Part shown: one piece after another, positions 46,821 to 56,487 of the stretch | Numbering within the stretch: position 1 is the first letter of the stretch | Layout of the letters: each line of letters starts with the position of its first letter | Source: an uncultured Oscillospiraceae bacterium | GTDB lineage: Bacteria; Bacillota; Clostridia; Oscillospirales; Ruminococcaceae | Assembly: GCA_964649845.1 (NCBI GenBank) | Contig: CAZYSS010000001.1 | Location: 15,009 to 79,008, forward strand | Direction of reading: 5' to 3' | DNA length: 64,000 bases | Made by a program: the position numbers and the translations under genes | Notes under the pieces: model-generated | The model's input: only the letters and a program-made list of their open reading frames with translations | What the model was told of the DNA's origin: nothing | Databases searched by the model: none

Positions 46821-47558
46821 TTATTTGCTCATATTTTCTTTTGCTGCATTTATAAAGTCAGTGATAAGTGCATCCATATTTTCGTTGAATGTCATCAATT
46901 CAGGGTGCCACTGATAGCATCTTACCCAGTGGTCAGGGTCATCAAGGTAAAAGCTTTCCACCAGACCGTCCGGTGCATAAGCCATAGGCACCAGTTTTTC
47001 ACCCAGAGTTTTATAACCCTGGTGATGTGTGGTATTTACACCGATAGAGTCTTTGCCCAGCAGTTTGTGGAGAGGTGTACCAGGCACGATATTTACAATA
47101 TGGCTGTTTTCGCCAAAGGCGCCTGCAAGGTCAACGTGTTTTACATCGCTTGGCAGCTGTGTAGGCAGGTCCTGATACAGTGTGCCGCCAAAAAATACGT
47201 TTGTATACTGGCTGCCGCGGCATACACTGAAGATAGGTTTTTTGTGTTTTGTTGCTGCTGCCATCAGATTCCAGTCTGATTCATCGCGGTCTTTTTCCAG
47301 TTCACCGCAGTATGGCTGTACTGCTTCGCCGTAACGGGCAGGGTCTACGTCTGCACCGCCTGTCATAAACAGGCCGTCTGCAATTGACATAAGCTGCTCA
47401 GCGTCCTCTGCGCTCAGAAAAGCAGGAATGATAGCAATCGCACCGCGGCTCTCAAGCTCCCTTGCATATTTCTGGCTTGAACAGTAAACGCTCATATCCC
47501 AATCCCCTACTTTTTTGCTCTGAGCTTCCGGTGAAATCACAATAACAGGTTTTTTCAT
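46821..47558 (-). CDS. Class I glutamine amidotransferase-like hydrolase (peptidase C26 / gamma-glutamyl-GABA hydrolase family)
   Basis: SVCRGSQ nucleophile context and THHQG. Start at the Met with an AAGGAG RBS. Confidence 0.8.
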   Translation of the reverse strand: MKKPVIVISPEAQSKKVGDWDMSVYCSSQKYARELESRGAIAIIPAFLSAEDAEQLMSIADGLFMTGGADVDPARYGEAVQPYCGELEKDRDESDWNLMAAATKHKKPIFSVCRGSQYTNVFFGGTLYQDLPTQLPSDVKHVDLAGAFGENSHIVNIVPGTPLHKLLGKDSIGVNTTHHQGYKTLGEKLVPMAYAPDGLVESFYLDDPDHWVRCYQWHPELMTFNENMDALITDFINAAKENMSK

Positions 47559-47945
47559 AATCTGTCTCCTTTTTTTCCGTAAAATGATAGTTAAATTATA
47601 GACAATCATTCTGCTTTTTGCAATGTTGTATTGCTATTGCATCACAGGTGTATATTGAATATATACGATATATCACTTTTGTCGTCTCAATAAACACATC
47701 TGATATTCTGTTACAAACAGAACTTATCTTTTTAATAGTTTATTAATATACAAGATGCGGAAATTTTTACAGCATAACATATAAATAACATCTGCAAGGA
47801 TATATAAATTAATGTAAAGATACTACAAAATTTATCTGCATACTAATCTTTTTATTTATCTTTTTTATGAAATATGATATACTTTTCTGGTGGTGTAAGC
47901 GAAAGGCAAGCTTATTCCCATTAAACAGTTAAAGGAGGTCAGGAA

Positions 47946-48779
47946 ATGACTAAACAACACAAAATCGATTGCCATACCCATATTGTAAACCGTCAGATCA
48001 GCGCACAGTATTTTGATAACCCTGGGGGCGGAGATTACGCTTTAGTTATGGAATTTCTGCCATATATGGCAAAAGAGGAAATGCCTGACGAATCCTGGGA
48101 CCTGACAGACGGTCACGAAAGACTGTTTCTCTGTCCATCTGTGGACATTCACAAGGATATTCCTGCACAGCTGGCAGTTATCGGCGAAAAAATGGCACAG
48201 CGTCCGGGTTGCAAGGTGGTAGGTCTGAAAATATTTCTCTCTTACCAGACAGGCAGAGCCGATGACGAAAGAATGATGCCGATATATGATTTCTGTGCAA
48301 AGCACGGCCTGTCTGTAACATTTCACACAGGTCTGCCATCATACCATCTGCCTTACGAAAACGATGTTGAAGGCAGCAGTATGGCATATATTGCAAATGT
48401 GGCAAGAAAATACCCTGCAGTAAACTTTATATGCGCCCATATGGGCGATCCATATTATGATGAAAGCGTACAGGCCATGCACGGCCTGCCAAATATGTTC
48501 ACAGACTTTGCAGGCGCATTTGAGCCTGGCACAGAAGTAGCTGCTGACGAAGAAGGCACTATCGCACAGTGGGCACACGCAATTCATCAATATCCAGATA
48601 CCTACAAACAGATTCTTTACGGCACAGACTTCTGTCCGCCTATTCTGCTGTGGGAATTTGACAAATACGATTATTCAATTGCAAAAATATTTACAGAAGA
48701 CCAGTTTGAAGATATTTACTGGAACAACGCCCTGCGCGCATTCCCTAAGCTGGCCCAATATATAAACAAGAAAGGTTAA
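47946..48779 (+). CDS. Metal-dependent amidohydrolase (TIM-barrel, amidohydrolase_2-like)
   Basis: IDCHTHI metal-binding start. AAAGGAGG RBS. Confidence 0.6.
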   Translation: MTKQHKIDCHTHIVNRQISAQYFDNPGGGDYALVMEFLPYMAKEEMPDESWDLTDGHERLFLCPSVDIHKDIPAQLAVIGEKMAQRPGCKVVGLKIFLSYQTGRADDERMMPIYDFCAKHGLSVTFHTGLPSYHLPYENDVEGSSMAYIANVARKYPAVNFICAHMGDPYYDESVQAMHGLPNMFTDFAGAFEPGTEVAADEEGTIAQWAHAIHQYPDTYKQILYGTDFCPPILLWEFDKYDYSIAKIFTEDQFEDIYWNNALRAFPKLAQYINKKG

Positions 48780-48787
48780 TTACTCCG

Positions 48788-49549
48788 ATGGATAAAAATA
48801 AACTTAAATACCCAAGCCTTATAAGCTTTTTCAAATCATTTACAAAACTGGAAGCCATATATATGACATTTGTTGTTGTGCTGGCTATCGGCATGGCAAT
48901 TTTCTTCCCAGACCTGATGCTGGAAAGTACCGCCAGCCCACTGCTGCTGTTCTGCTCTGTTTGTAACGTTATTGCAAACCCACTGGTTGAAACAATGAAC
49001 GCAAAACAGTTCCGTGGCAACTTTATCATAGATATCTTCCTTATCGAAATCACATACATCATTCTTGCATGGCATCTGGGCTGGTACACACTGATGCTGA
49101 GCTGTATATTCTTCTGGATTCCAATCGATATCCTCAGCTTTATCCAGTGGTCAGGTCACGTGGACAACGACGATGAAAACGTAACAGTTGTAAAACGTCT
49201 GGGCTGGAAAAAATCCATCGGCCTGCTGATTGGCTGTGTGGTATTCTGTCTGGTAATGGGCTCTATTATGTCCAACATGCCTGGCAGCCAGGACTCCTAT
49301 CTGGAAGCATTTGCTACAGCTATGGGTATGGTAAACGGCACCCTGCTGATGCTGCGCTACTCTGAACACTGGTATGCATGGGTTATCACAACAATCCTGT
49401 ACCTGGCTATGGATATTTCCGCCGGTGCTTACGGTCTGCTGATTGACGATATTGCAATGCTGGTGGTTACATTCTACGGCATCTGGAAATGGTTCAAATA
49501 CACAAAAGAACACGGCACAATCCAGGAAAAAATCGACTTCAGAGTTTAA
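48788..49549 (+). CDS. PnuC-like membrane transporter (tentative)
   Basis: 7-8 TM segments. The W-rich helices FFWIPIDILSFIQW and FYGIWKW recall the nicotinamide riboside transporter family. Low certainty. Confidence 0.45.
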   Translation: MDKNKLKYPSLISFFKSFTKLEAIYMTFVVVLAIGMAIFFPDLMLESTASPLLLFCSVCNVIANPLVETMNAKQFRGNFIIDIFLIEITYIILAWHLGWYTLMLSCIFFWIPIDILSFIQWSGHVDNDDENVTVVKRLGWKKSIGLLIGCVVFCLVMGSIMSNMPGSQDSYLEAFATAMGMVNGTLLMLRYSEHWYAWVITTILYLAMDISAGAYGLLIDDIAMLVVTFYGIWKWFKYTKEHGTIQEKIDFRV

Positions 49550-49567
49550 TAATTTTATACAATCCGG

Positions 49568-49593
49568 CCGGGCTGCATAAACAGCCCGGTTTT
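49568..49593 (+). terminator. Intrinsic terminator
   Basis: CCGGGCTG / CAGCCCGG stem followed by TTTT. Confidence 0.8.
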
Positions 49594-49796
49594 GTTATGG
49601 TAAGAAATTTTCACAGATATTCATATACTGTATACGTACAGAACACAACTGTCCATTTTGCCCAAAATTGCAAAGGTAAACAGCTTTATTTCTCGGTAGT
49701 TTTGCCGAAATATTATAAACTGAAAATCGGCCTTTGATTTTTTATCTAAATTTTGATATAATTATACTTAATAAAAATAGTATGGAGGCTGTAAAG

Positions 49797-50300
49797 ATGT
49801 TTAACATAGGCGATATTGTATTTTATTCCACCACCGGCGTTTGTGAAGTAAAAAACATTGGTGAACCTGCCCTGGCAGGGCTGCCTACCCACGTGGATTA
49901 TTACACACTACAGCCACTGTCAAAAAATCACAAAGAAATGATATACGTGCCTATCGACACAAAGGCATTTATGCGTCTGGCCATAGACCGCGACACGGCA
50001 CGGCAGTACATTGATATGGTAGACAGCATACAGCCTGCCTACCCTGAAACACGCAACCCAAAGGGTATACAGGATTTTTATTCTTCACTAATAAGCAGCT
50101 ACGAAATACCAAAGCTGCTGCAGGTAATAGTAAGTCTCACCCTGAAAAAGCGCGAAAGTCTGGCAAAAAACAAACATCTTAACCAGACACAGACCACCTT
50201 CCTGCGCCGTGCACAGGAAATGGTGTACAACGAGTTTGCCTATGCATTGGACAAGTCCAGCGATGAGGTGGCACGGCTGATTGAAGACAAAATTAAATGA
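49797..50300 (+). CDS. CarD/CdnL-family RNA-polymerase-binding regulator (tentative)
   Basis: N-terminal MFNIGDIVFYSTTGVCEV...YYTL resembles the CarD_CdnL_TRCF domain. GGAGG RBS. Confidence 0.55.
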   Translation: MFNIGDIVFYSTTGVCEVKNIGEPALAGLPTHVDYYTLQPLSKNHKEMIYVPIDTKAFMRLAIDRDTARQYIDMVDSIQPAYPETRNPKGIQDFYSSLISSYEIPKLLQVIVSLTLKKRESLAKNKHLNQTQTTFLRRAQEMVYNEFAYALDKSSDEVARLIEDKIK

Positions 50301-50405
50301 TTTTCAAAGAGCGATTCGGGAGAATTGCTCTTTTTTTATTGCCAAATCAAGAGAATAGTGGTAATATTGTTATATATGTAACAATTATAAAAAGGAGAAG
50401 ACATT

Positions 50406-51503
50406 ATGATAAATCGTGAACTTATCAAAAAACTGGCTGACCAGCTGAAAAAAGACGGCGTATCCGCACTGCTGGTTGCACCAAGCAGCGACCTTGTTTT
50501 CCTGCTGGGCCACAAACCATACCTGTGTGAACGTTTTCAGGCTCTGGTTGTGACAGACAAAGAAGAAACATTCTACATCTGCAACAGACTGACAGAAGCT
50601 GAAGCAATCGGCTTTATGGGCGGCGACAAAGTTTATCAGTGGATGGACTCTGACGGCTTTACAGGCGTAGCAAAAAAAGCATTTGAAGACTTTGGCCTTA
50701 TCGGCAAGAAAATTGCTGTAAACGGTTCTGTAAGAGCATTCAACCTTATCAAACTGATGGAAGCCATTGATTTCACACCTGTAAACGGCAAAGACTATCT
50801 GGAACTGACAAGAATTATCAAAACTCCTGAAGAACTGGAAAACCTGCGTAAATCTTCTGCCATCGTTGACAAAGTGTTTGAAGACATCGTAAAATTCATC
50901 AAACCTGGTATGACAGAAAGAGATATTAAAAACGAAATCGCACGTCTGTGCAAGCTGTACGGCGGTGAAGACTGCCACGGCGGTATCGTAGCTGTAGACG
51001 CCAACGCTGCAAACCCACACTACTTTGGTGACAGTGCTGTTATCGGCGAACACGCAGTAGTTGAAATGGACTACGGCTGCACATACAAGGGTATGTGGAG
51101 TGACATTACAAGAACTGTTATCGTGGGCAAAGCAACAGAAAGAGAAAAAGAACTGTACAACATCGTTCTGCAGGCAAACCTGGCTGGCGAAGCTGCAGCA
51201 GTAAACGGTGCATGGATTCCTGACATTGACGCAGCAGCAAGAAAAGTTATCGAAGATGCAGGCTACGGCTATGAATTCAACCACCGTCTGGGCCACGGCA
51301 TTGGCTATGCAGGCCACGAAGCACCATATATCCACGGTGACTACAAAATGCACCTGGCCCCAGGTATGGCATTCTCCTGTGAACCTGGTATCTACATCCG
51401 CGGTGAAATCGGTATCAGAATTGAAGACCTGGTTATCATCAATGAAAAAGGCGAAACAGAAGTTATCAACAAATGTACAAAAGAACTGATTGAAATCTGC
51501 TGA
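50406..51503 (+). CDS. M24-family Xaa-Pro dipeptidase / aminopeptidase P
   Basis: HRLGHGIGYAGHE, EPGIY and IRIEDLV metal-ligand motifs. Confidence 0.85.
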   Translation: MINRELIKKLADQLKKDGVSALLVAPSSDLVFLLGHKPYLCERFQALVVTDKEETFYICNRLTEAEAIGFMGGDKVYQWMDSDGFTGVAKKAFEDFGLIGKKIAVNGSVRAFNLIKLMEAIDFTPVNGKDYLELTRIIKTPEELENLRKSSAIVDKVFEDIVKFIKPGMTERDIKNEIARLCKLYGGEDCHGGIVAVDANAANPHYFGDSAVIGEHAVVEMDYGCTYKGMWSDITRTVIVGKATEREKELYNIVLQANLAGEAAAVNGAWIPDIDAAARKVIEDAGYGYEFNHRLGHGIGYAGHEAPYIHGDYKMHLAPGMAFSCEPGIYIRGEIGIRIEDLVIINEKGETEVINKCTKELIEIC

Positions 51504-51515
51504 TAAAACATTAAA

Positions 51516-51538
51516 AGCACCCTGCGGGGTGTTTTTTT
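51516..51538 (+). terminator. Intrinsic terminator
   Basis: CACCC / GGGTG stem followed by TTTTTTT. Confidence 0.7.
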
Positions 51539-51614
51539 GTGTGAAATTTTATGATGTGTTTATGGCAGATGGTTTATGGAGTACCCCTGCGCGTAGCAAG
51601 TATACCCACAAATC

Positions 51615-52156
51615 GTAGGGGCGATTCACGAATCGCCCGTTTACAGCGAGTGTGGATAAGCTGGTGTTCCGCATAGGGGCGACCTGTGGTCGTCCGTTAA
51701 TGGGACGGGGAACCCGTCCCCTACACGGTGGGTGGGGATGTCCGGGTTTTGCAGGTTGTTGCAGGCGGGGATAGAACCCCGCCCCTACGCTTTCTTGACC
51801 GTTCCTTTTTCGGGCGGTCGAGGGTGCCCGCCCCTACGCGATGTATAGAATGTCATCCTGAGCGAGTGAAACGAGCCGAAGGATCTTTGCACCATAGCCA
51901 TCGGCAAAGTAATCCCTTTTCTGAATCTTGATACAAAGATTCGTACCCTGACGGACACGCGTCGTCGTTTCGCTCACTCGGAATGACAGAATTCAGGTTT
52001 GGTTGTTATTCCACGGGCGGATACTATCCGCCCCTACGCGGTTACAGCAATGTACCATATGTAGTAGGAGTATTATTTGAGGGAGGGCGTGGAAGCTCTC
52101 CCCTACGTTGTTTGTGCGTAAAATCAGTTTTCGTTGGGGCGATGTGTGAATCGCCC
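51615..52156. repeat. REP/BIME-like array (cluster B): eight GC-rich hairpins with GTAG/CTAC tails
   Basis: Eight units in mixed orientation at 51615-38, 51673-95, 51702-24, 51764-88, 51811-38, 52015-37, 52081-106 and 52136-56. Confidence 0.8.
51848..51988. repeat. GTCATCCTGAG nested-hairpin element (longest copy) embedded in cluster B
   Basis: Outer arms GAATGTCATCCTGAGCGAGTGAAACGA / TCGTTTCGCTCACTCGGAATGAC. Inner arms GGATCTTTG / CAAAGATTC. Confidence 0.75.
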
Positions 52157-52197
52157 ACGCACGGGACATTATGGTCCTTTTGCACTGTAACAGTAAT

Positions 52198-53055
52198 TTA
52201 CAGCATCAGCCTGTGCTCTTTCTTTACCGCCAGGACATAATTCACTCCGTCAGGTGGTTTCAGCGGTGTGCGGATATTGGCGTAATTGAACTGTGTGAAA
52301 AAGGTCTGCTCCACCTGCTGTGGTGTCAGCAGTTCGTAAACCAGAAAGCCCCGGCTGCCCAGCAATATTTCCATTTCACAGCCAGGGAAAGGGTCACCTA
52401 CACTGCCACCATAATCTGACTCATTATATGAAAACACCATACTGCTGCCGGGCGGCAATATACCTGCCAGCAGTTCCAGCATATGTGTAAACCGCTGCCT
52501 GTCGGTCTGTCGCGGAATATTTCCCAGACTGACAAAACTGATAAAGTTCCCGGCAAAAGATGGATGGTTTGTCAACAACTTTTCCCAGCCCGGTCTGAAC
52601 ACATCGGCATAGATATAATTTACATTTTCAGGCGTTGCTATTTCTGCCCTTGTAAGCCTGGCCTGTTTATCCATAGCTATATGTAGGGGATTAATTTCGA
52701 ACATCTGCAGTCTGGTTGCCCAGGCAGGCTGACGGCAGGCAAAGCTGTCATACCCTGCATTCAGTGAAATATACTGTTTTGCATCCAACAACACCGCGGT
52801 TTTCAGGCTGTGCTCTGTAAAGGCAGTCTGTGCAAGCACTTCCCCCACTGCCGTTCTGTTCATCATTTTCATTACAGCTTCCCCTGCGCGCCAGGGTGGC
52901 AGGTTGCCGGGCAGATTGTTTTTCGAATTTGTCAGCCAGTCTGAATATTCTTCCTCTGTAAAATACATAGGACTGATTTTATCCTCCACCACTTTTGCCC
53001 TGCCTTTGCTGTGGAATGCCATTGCAAACGCAGCTGTAAGCTTTTTATTATTCAT
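52198..53055 (-). CDS. Class I SAM-dependent methyltransferase (LCM / O-methyltransferase-like)
   Basis: ISLNAGYDSFACR resembles the SAM-binding motif of the TIGR00027-type family. Moderate. Confidence 0.5.
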   Translation of the reverse strand: MNNKKLTAAFAMAFHSKGRAKVVEDKISPMYFTEEEYSDWLTNSKNNLPGNLPPWRAGEAVMKMMNRTAVGEVLAQTAFTEHSLKTAVLLDAKQYISLNAGYDSFACRQPAWATRLQMFEINPLHIAMDKQARLTRAEIATPENVNYIYADVFRPGWEKLLTNHPSFAGNFISFVSLGNIPRQTDRQRFTHMLELLAGILPPGSSMVFSYNESDYGGSVGDPFPGCEMEILLGSRGFLVYELLTPQQVEQTFFTQFNYANIRTPLKPPDGVNYVLAVKKEHRLML

Positions 53056-53270
53056 ATCAATCCCCCCTTGTATATTTAATAATATATAAAAATTTTCAAA
53101 ACAAGACTTGTTTTATTCTGACGGCTGTGGTATACCACAGACAGGGCAAAAAATCAACAGCAAAATTTCATCATTGTGACACAATTGTAACAATAAATTA
53201 AGAGAATCTTAAGAAATTATGTTGTATAATTTTAATAAGGAAAAAGGGATAATTAAAGCGGAGGAGAAAA

Positions 53271-53963
53271 ATGTACAACATACTTATTTGCGACGACGAA
53301 AAAGATATTGTGAATGCATTGAAAATCTATCTTTCAACCGATGAATACAACACTTTTACCGCATATAACGGCAAAGAAGCGCTGGAAATTATCAGAGGCA
53401 ATGACATTCATCTGGCACTGATGGATATTATGATGCCACAGATGGACGGTATATCTGCACTGAGTGCCATCAGGGAGGAATACAATATTCCTGTTATACT
53501 GCTATCTGCAAAAAGTGAGGACACAGACAAAATTCTGGGCCTGAATATGGGTGCTGATGACTATATAACCAAGCCTTTCAACCCTGTGGAACTGCAAGCA
53601 AGGGTAAAAAGTCGGTTGCGCAGATATACAAAGCTGGGCGGCAAGGTGATGGGAGATGACAAAATCACCATAGGAGGCATTACCCTGGATGACAAAAGCA
53701 AGGCCGTTACCTGTGACGGAGAGCCTGTCAGCCTGACACCTACAGAATTTGAAATACTGCGTCTGCTGATGCACAACCCGGGCAAGGTGTTTTCACCAAA
53801 GGAAATATACACCAAAGTGTGGAACGACCGGCCATACGGTGCAGAGAATACAGTGGTAGTCCATATACGCCATCTGCGTGAAAAGCTGGAAATAACCCCT
53901 GCTGAACCGCGCTATCTCAAGGTGGTATGGGGCCACGGGTACAAGATGGAGAACGGTAAATGA
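53271..53963 (+). CDS. OmpR-family response regulator
   Basis: Receiver domain (ILICDDE, MDIMMP, K at LSAK) plus a winged-helix C-terminus (GYKM). Confidence 0.9.
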   Translation: MYNILICDDEKDIVNALKIYLSTDEYNTFTAYNGKEALEIIRGNDIHLALMDIMMPQMDGISALSAIREEYNIPVILLSAKSEDTDKILGLNMGADDYITKPFNPVELQARVKSRLRRYTKLGGKVMGDDKITIGGITLDDKSKAVTCDGEPVSLTPTEFEILRLLMHNPGKVFSPKEIYTKVWNDRPYGAENTVVVHIRHLREKLEITPAEPRYLKVVWGHGYKMENGK

Positions 53964-55483
53964 AACAGTTACTGAGACACGAAATTTTCCGTGGGTTGCT
54001 TATAGCCATACTGGGTGTAGATGTGTTTATCACCCTGTGTCTGGGCTCGTATATATTTACATCCTATGGCATAGGTCATATAGATGTACACCCCTTTATA
54101 ACAGGACTGCTGATAATACTGGGTATGGCGTTGTTTGCAATGATTATGCGCAGTGCAGGTCACTACAAAGGCAGTGAACAGGTGGAGCCAAACTTTTTTG
54201 ACCGTGTTCCCTTGGAAATATATCTGGCAGTGGACGGCCGGATTATTGCCGGACTGATAGGTCTGCTGGCTTATGCCATACGTCTTGTGTTCGGGTTTGA
54301 ACTGATATTCTTCCTGCTGGCAGGTATTTATCTGGCTGCGGTTTTTCTGTGTATGTCAATTGCGGTGCGCTGCAAAGCCAGAACGCTGATTTCAAACACC
54401 ATAATCTATATGATGTTTGACCTGATACATTCTTTCTGGCGCAGAACAGTGGACGGCACAAAATATTATTTTGCCAATCTGTCCTTTATCTGGCAGGTGC
54501 TGCTTGTACTGGCAGGGCTGATATTCTTTGACTGTCTGCTGCTGAACTGGGTGACCAGAACCTACAGCTGGATGAGATCCGAAGCAGCCTTTGTACTAAA
54601 GGTGACAGAATTTCTCATACTGGCATTTTTCGGTGCAAAGTATGCCATCGGCTATCAGAAAATACGCGAAGGCACTGCCATTATTGCCAGCGGAGACACA
54701 GATTACAAGATAGAAACCAAAGGTCTGCCAAAATCTATGGAAGAACAGGCCACACACCTGAACAATATCAATATAGGTGTGGCAAATGCTGTTTCCAGAC
54801 AGCTGAAAAGCGAAAAGCTGAAAACAGAACTGATTACCAATGTATCCCACGATATCAAAACCCCTCTCACATCAATCATAAACTATATAGACCTTATCCA
54901 GAAGGAAAAGGTGCAGACACAGCCTCTGAAGGAATATGTAGAGGTACTGGACAGGCAGTCTATACGTCTGAAAAAGCTGATTGAAGACCTGGTGGAAGCC
55001 AGCAAGGCATCCACAGGCAATATCACAGTAAATCTTGCCAGTACAGGACTGAAACTGCTGCTGAACCAGGCCGCCGGCGAATACCGGGACAAGGCACGGC
55101 TGGCAGGGCTGGAAATGGCTATGGTACTGCCTGAAGACGAAGTGTATATACTGTCTGACGGCCGATTGCTGTGGAGAGTTTTTGACAATCTTTTGAACAA
55201 TGCCTGCAAATACTCCCGGCCAGGTACACGTATCTATGTGCATCTGGAAAGGAAGGAAAACAAGGCTGTTGTAACATTCAGAAATGTGTCACGAACACAG
55301 CTGAATATTTCTCCTGACGAACTGATGGAAAGATTTGTGCGTGGCGATTCCTCCCGCAATACCGAAGGTAGCGGGCTGGGACTGTCCATTGCACAGAGTC
55401 TGACCGAAATATTAAACGGCAGCATGTCACTGGCTATTGACGGTGACCTGTTCAAAGTTGTTCTGATATTTGACGTAATCTGA
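53960..55483 (+). CDS. Sensor histidine kinase
   Basis: Multi-TM N-terminus, H-box SHDIKTPLTSI, N-box NNACKYS and G-box GSGLGLSI. ATGA overlap with the response regulator gene. Confidence 0.9.
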   Translation: MKQLLRHEIFRGLLIAILGVDVFITLCLGSYIFTSYGIGHIDVHPFITGLLIILGMALFAMIMRSAGHYKGSEQVEPNFFDRVPLEIYLAVDGRIIAGLIGLLAYAIRLVFGFELIFFLLAGIYLAAVFLCMSIAVRCKARTLISNTIIYMMFDLIHSFWRRTVDGTKYYFANLSFIWQVLLVLAGLIFFDCLLLNWVTRTYSWMRSEAAFVLKVTEFLILAFFGAKYAIGYQKIREGTAIIASGDTDYKIETKGLPKSMEEQATHLNNINIGVANAVSRQLKSEKLKTELITNVSHDIKTPLTSIINYIDLIQKEKVQTQPLKEYVEVLDRQSIRLKKLIEDLVEASKASTGNITVNLASTGLKLLLNQAAGEYRDKARLAGLEMAMVLPEDEVYILSDGRLLWRVFDNLLNNACKYSRPGTRIYVHLERKENKAVVTFRNVSRTQLNISPDELMERFVRGDSSRNTEGSGLGLSIAQSLTEILNGSMSLAIDGDLFKVVLIFDVI

Positions 55484-55587
55484 CAGGAAGCCCATACATC
55501 ACAACATACAACAAAACAGCTGCCTGGATTAAGGCAGCTGTTTTGTTCCTGGAATTACTGAAAAATATCATTTCACAGGAGAATAAA

Positions 55588-56487
55588 ATGGAATTTGTTC
55601 AGTTTTTCAATAAATTTATTTCAGTTTTGTTTATGGTGTGCTATGCATATCAGTTTTTCTATATATTTGTTCCATTTTTCAGAAAGGATTTGCCCCACGG
55701 CAAAGCAATACCAAACCGCTACCGGGTGCTGATTGCCGCAAGGAATGAAGCGGCAGTAATAGCCGACCTGATAGCCAGCATCAGAAATCAGGATTATCCG
55801 GCACATCTTATAACAGTTTTTGTGGTGGCAGACAACTGCACCGATGACACCGCCCATATCGCCACATCGGCAGGCGCGGTGGTGTATACACGCCACAACC
55901 GTGCACTGACAGGCAAAGGCTATGCAATGGAATACCTGCTGGAAAAAATCGGGGAAGATTATGGCCCGAATACCTTTGACGGCTATTTTGTATTTGATGC
56001 AGACAATATTCTGGCGGAAAACTATATCAGTCAGATGAATAAAACCTTTTGCGATGGGTATGATATTGTAACCAGCTTCCGCAACAGCAAAAACTACGGC
56101 GACAACTGGATAAGCGCTGGGTACGGACTGTGGTTTTTAAGAGAAAGCGAATATTTAAATCACTCCCGACATCTGCTGGGCACCAGCTGTGCGGTAAGCG
56201 GCACAGGGTTTATGTTTTCCGATGAAATTCTGCGCTTGCGGGGCGGCTGGCCGTTCCACCTGTTGACAGAGGATATAGAGTTCTCTGCCTGGAATATCAC
56301 AGACGGACGCAGAATCGGCTACTGCGCCAACGCGGAATTCTATGACGAACAGCCTGTGACCTTTAAGCAAAGCTGGCTGCAGCGCCTGCGCTGGGCAAAG
56401 GGGAATTTTCAGGTTTTCGGCAAATATAAGTATCAGCTGATTAAAAGAATTTTCACCCACGGAGACTTTGCCTGCTTTGATATGTGA
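55588..56487 (+). CDS. GT2 processive glycosyltransferase, catalytic part (possibly the 5' part of a frameshifted gene)
   Basis: DxD-type motifs FVFDADN and TEDIEFS, plus QRLRWAKG (QxxRW). The ORF ends 26 aa after QxxRW. Confidence 0.8.
   Translation: MEFVQFFNKFISVLFMVCYAYQFFYIFVPFFRKDLPHGKAIPNRYRVLIAARNEAAVIADLIASIRNQDYPAHLITVFVVADNCTDDTAHIATSAGAVVYTRHNRALTGKGYAMEYLLEKIGEDYGPNTFDGYFVFDADNILAENYISQMNKTFCDGYDIVTSFRNSKNYGDNWISAGYGLWFLRESEYLNHSRHLLGTSCAVSGTGFMFSDEILRLRGGWPFHLLTEDIEFSAWNITDGRRIGYCANAEFYDEQPVTFKQSWLQRLRWAKGNFQVFGKYKYQLIKRIFTHGDFACFDM

Noticed and set aside
51733-52100. tmRNA or another large structured RNA, because a GGGGATG... string begins a GC-rich region.
   Set aside because: There is no tRNA-like acceptor/T-arm pairing, no tag-peptide reading frame and no 3' CCA-proximal complement. 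The region is explained by independent REP-like hairpins.
51600-52160. Possible CRISPR array, because of multiple similar GC-rich palindromic units.
   Set aside because: The units vary in sequence and length, occur in both orientations and are irregularly spaced (about 29-200 bp). There are no cas genes and no identical direct repeats. The pattern does not fit a CRISPR array.
51728-52240. ORFs 51728-51931 and 51983-52240 (and 43239-43433) as small proteins.
   Set aside because: They run straight through the hairpin repeats. They start with non-ATG or RBS-less codons. They encode Gly/Arg/Pro-rich strings dictated by the GC-rich palindromes. They are artefacts of the repeats.
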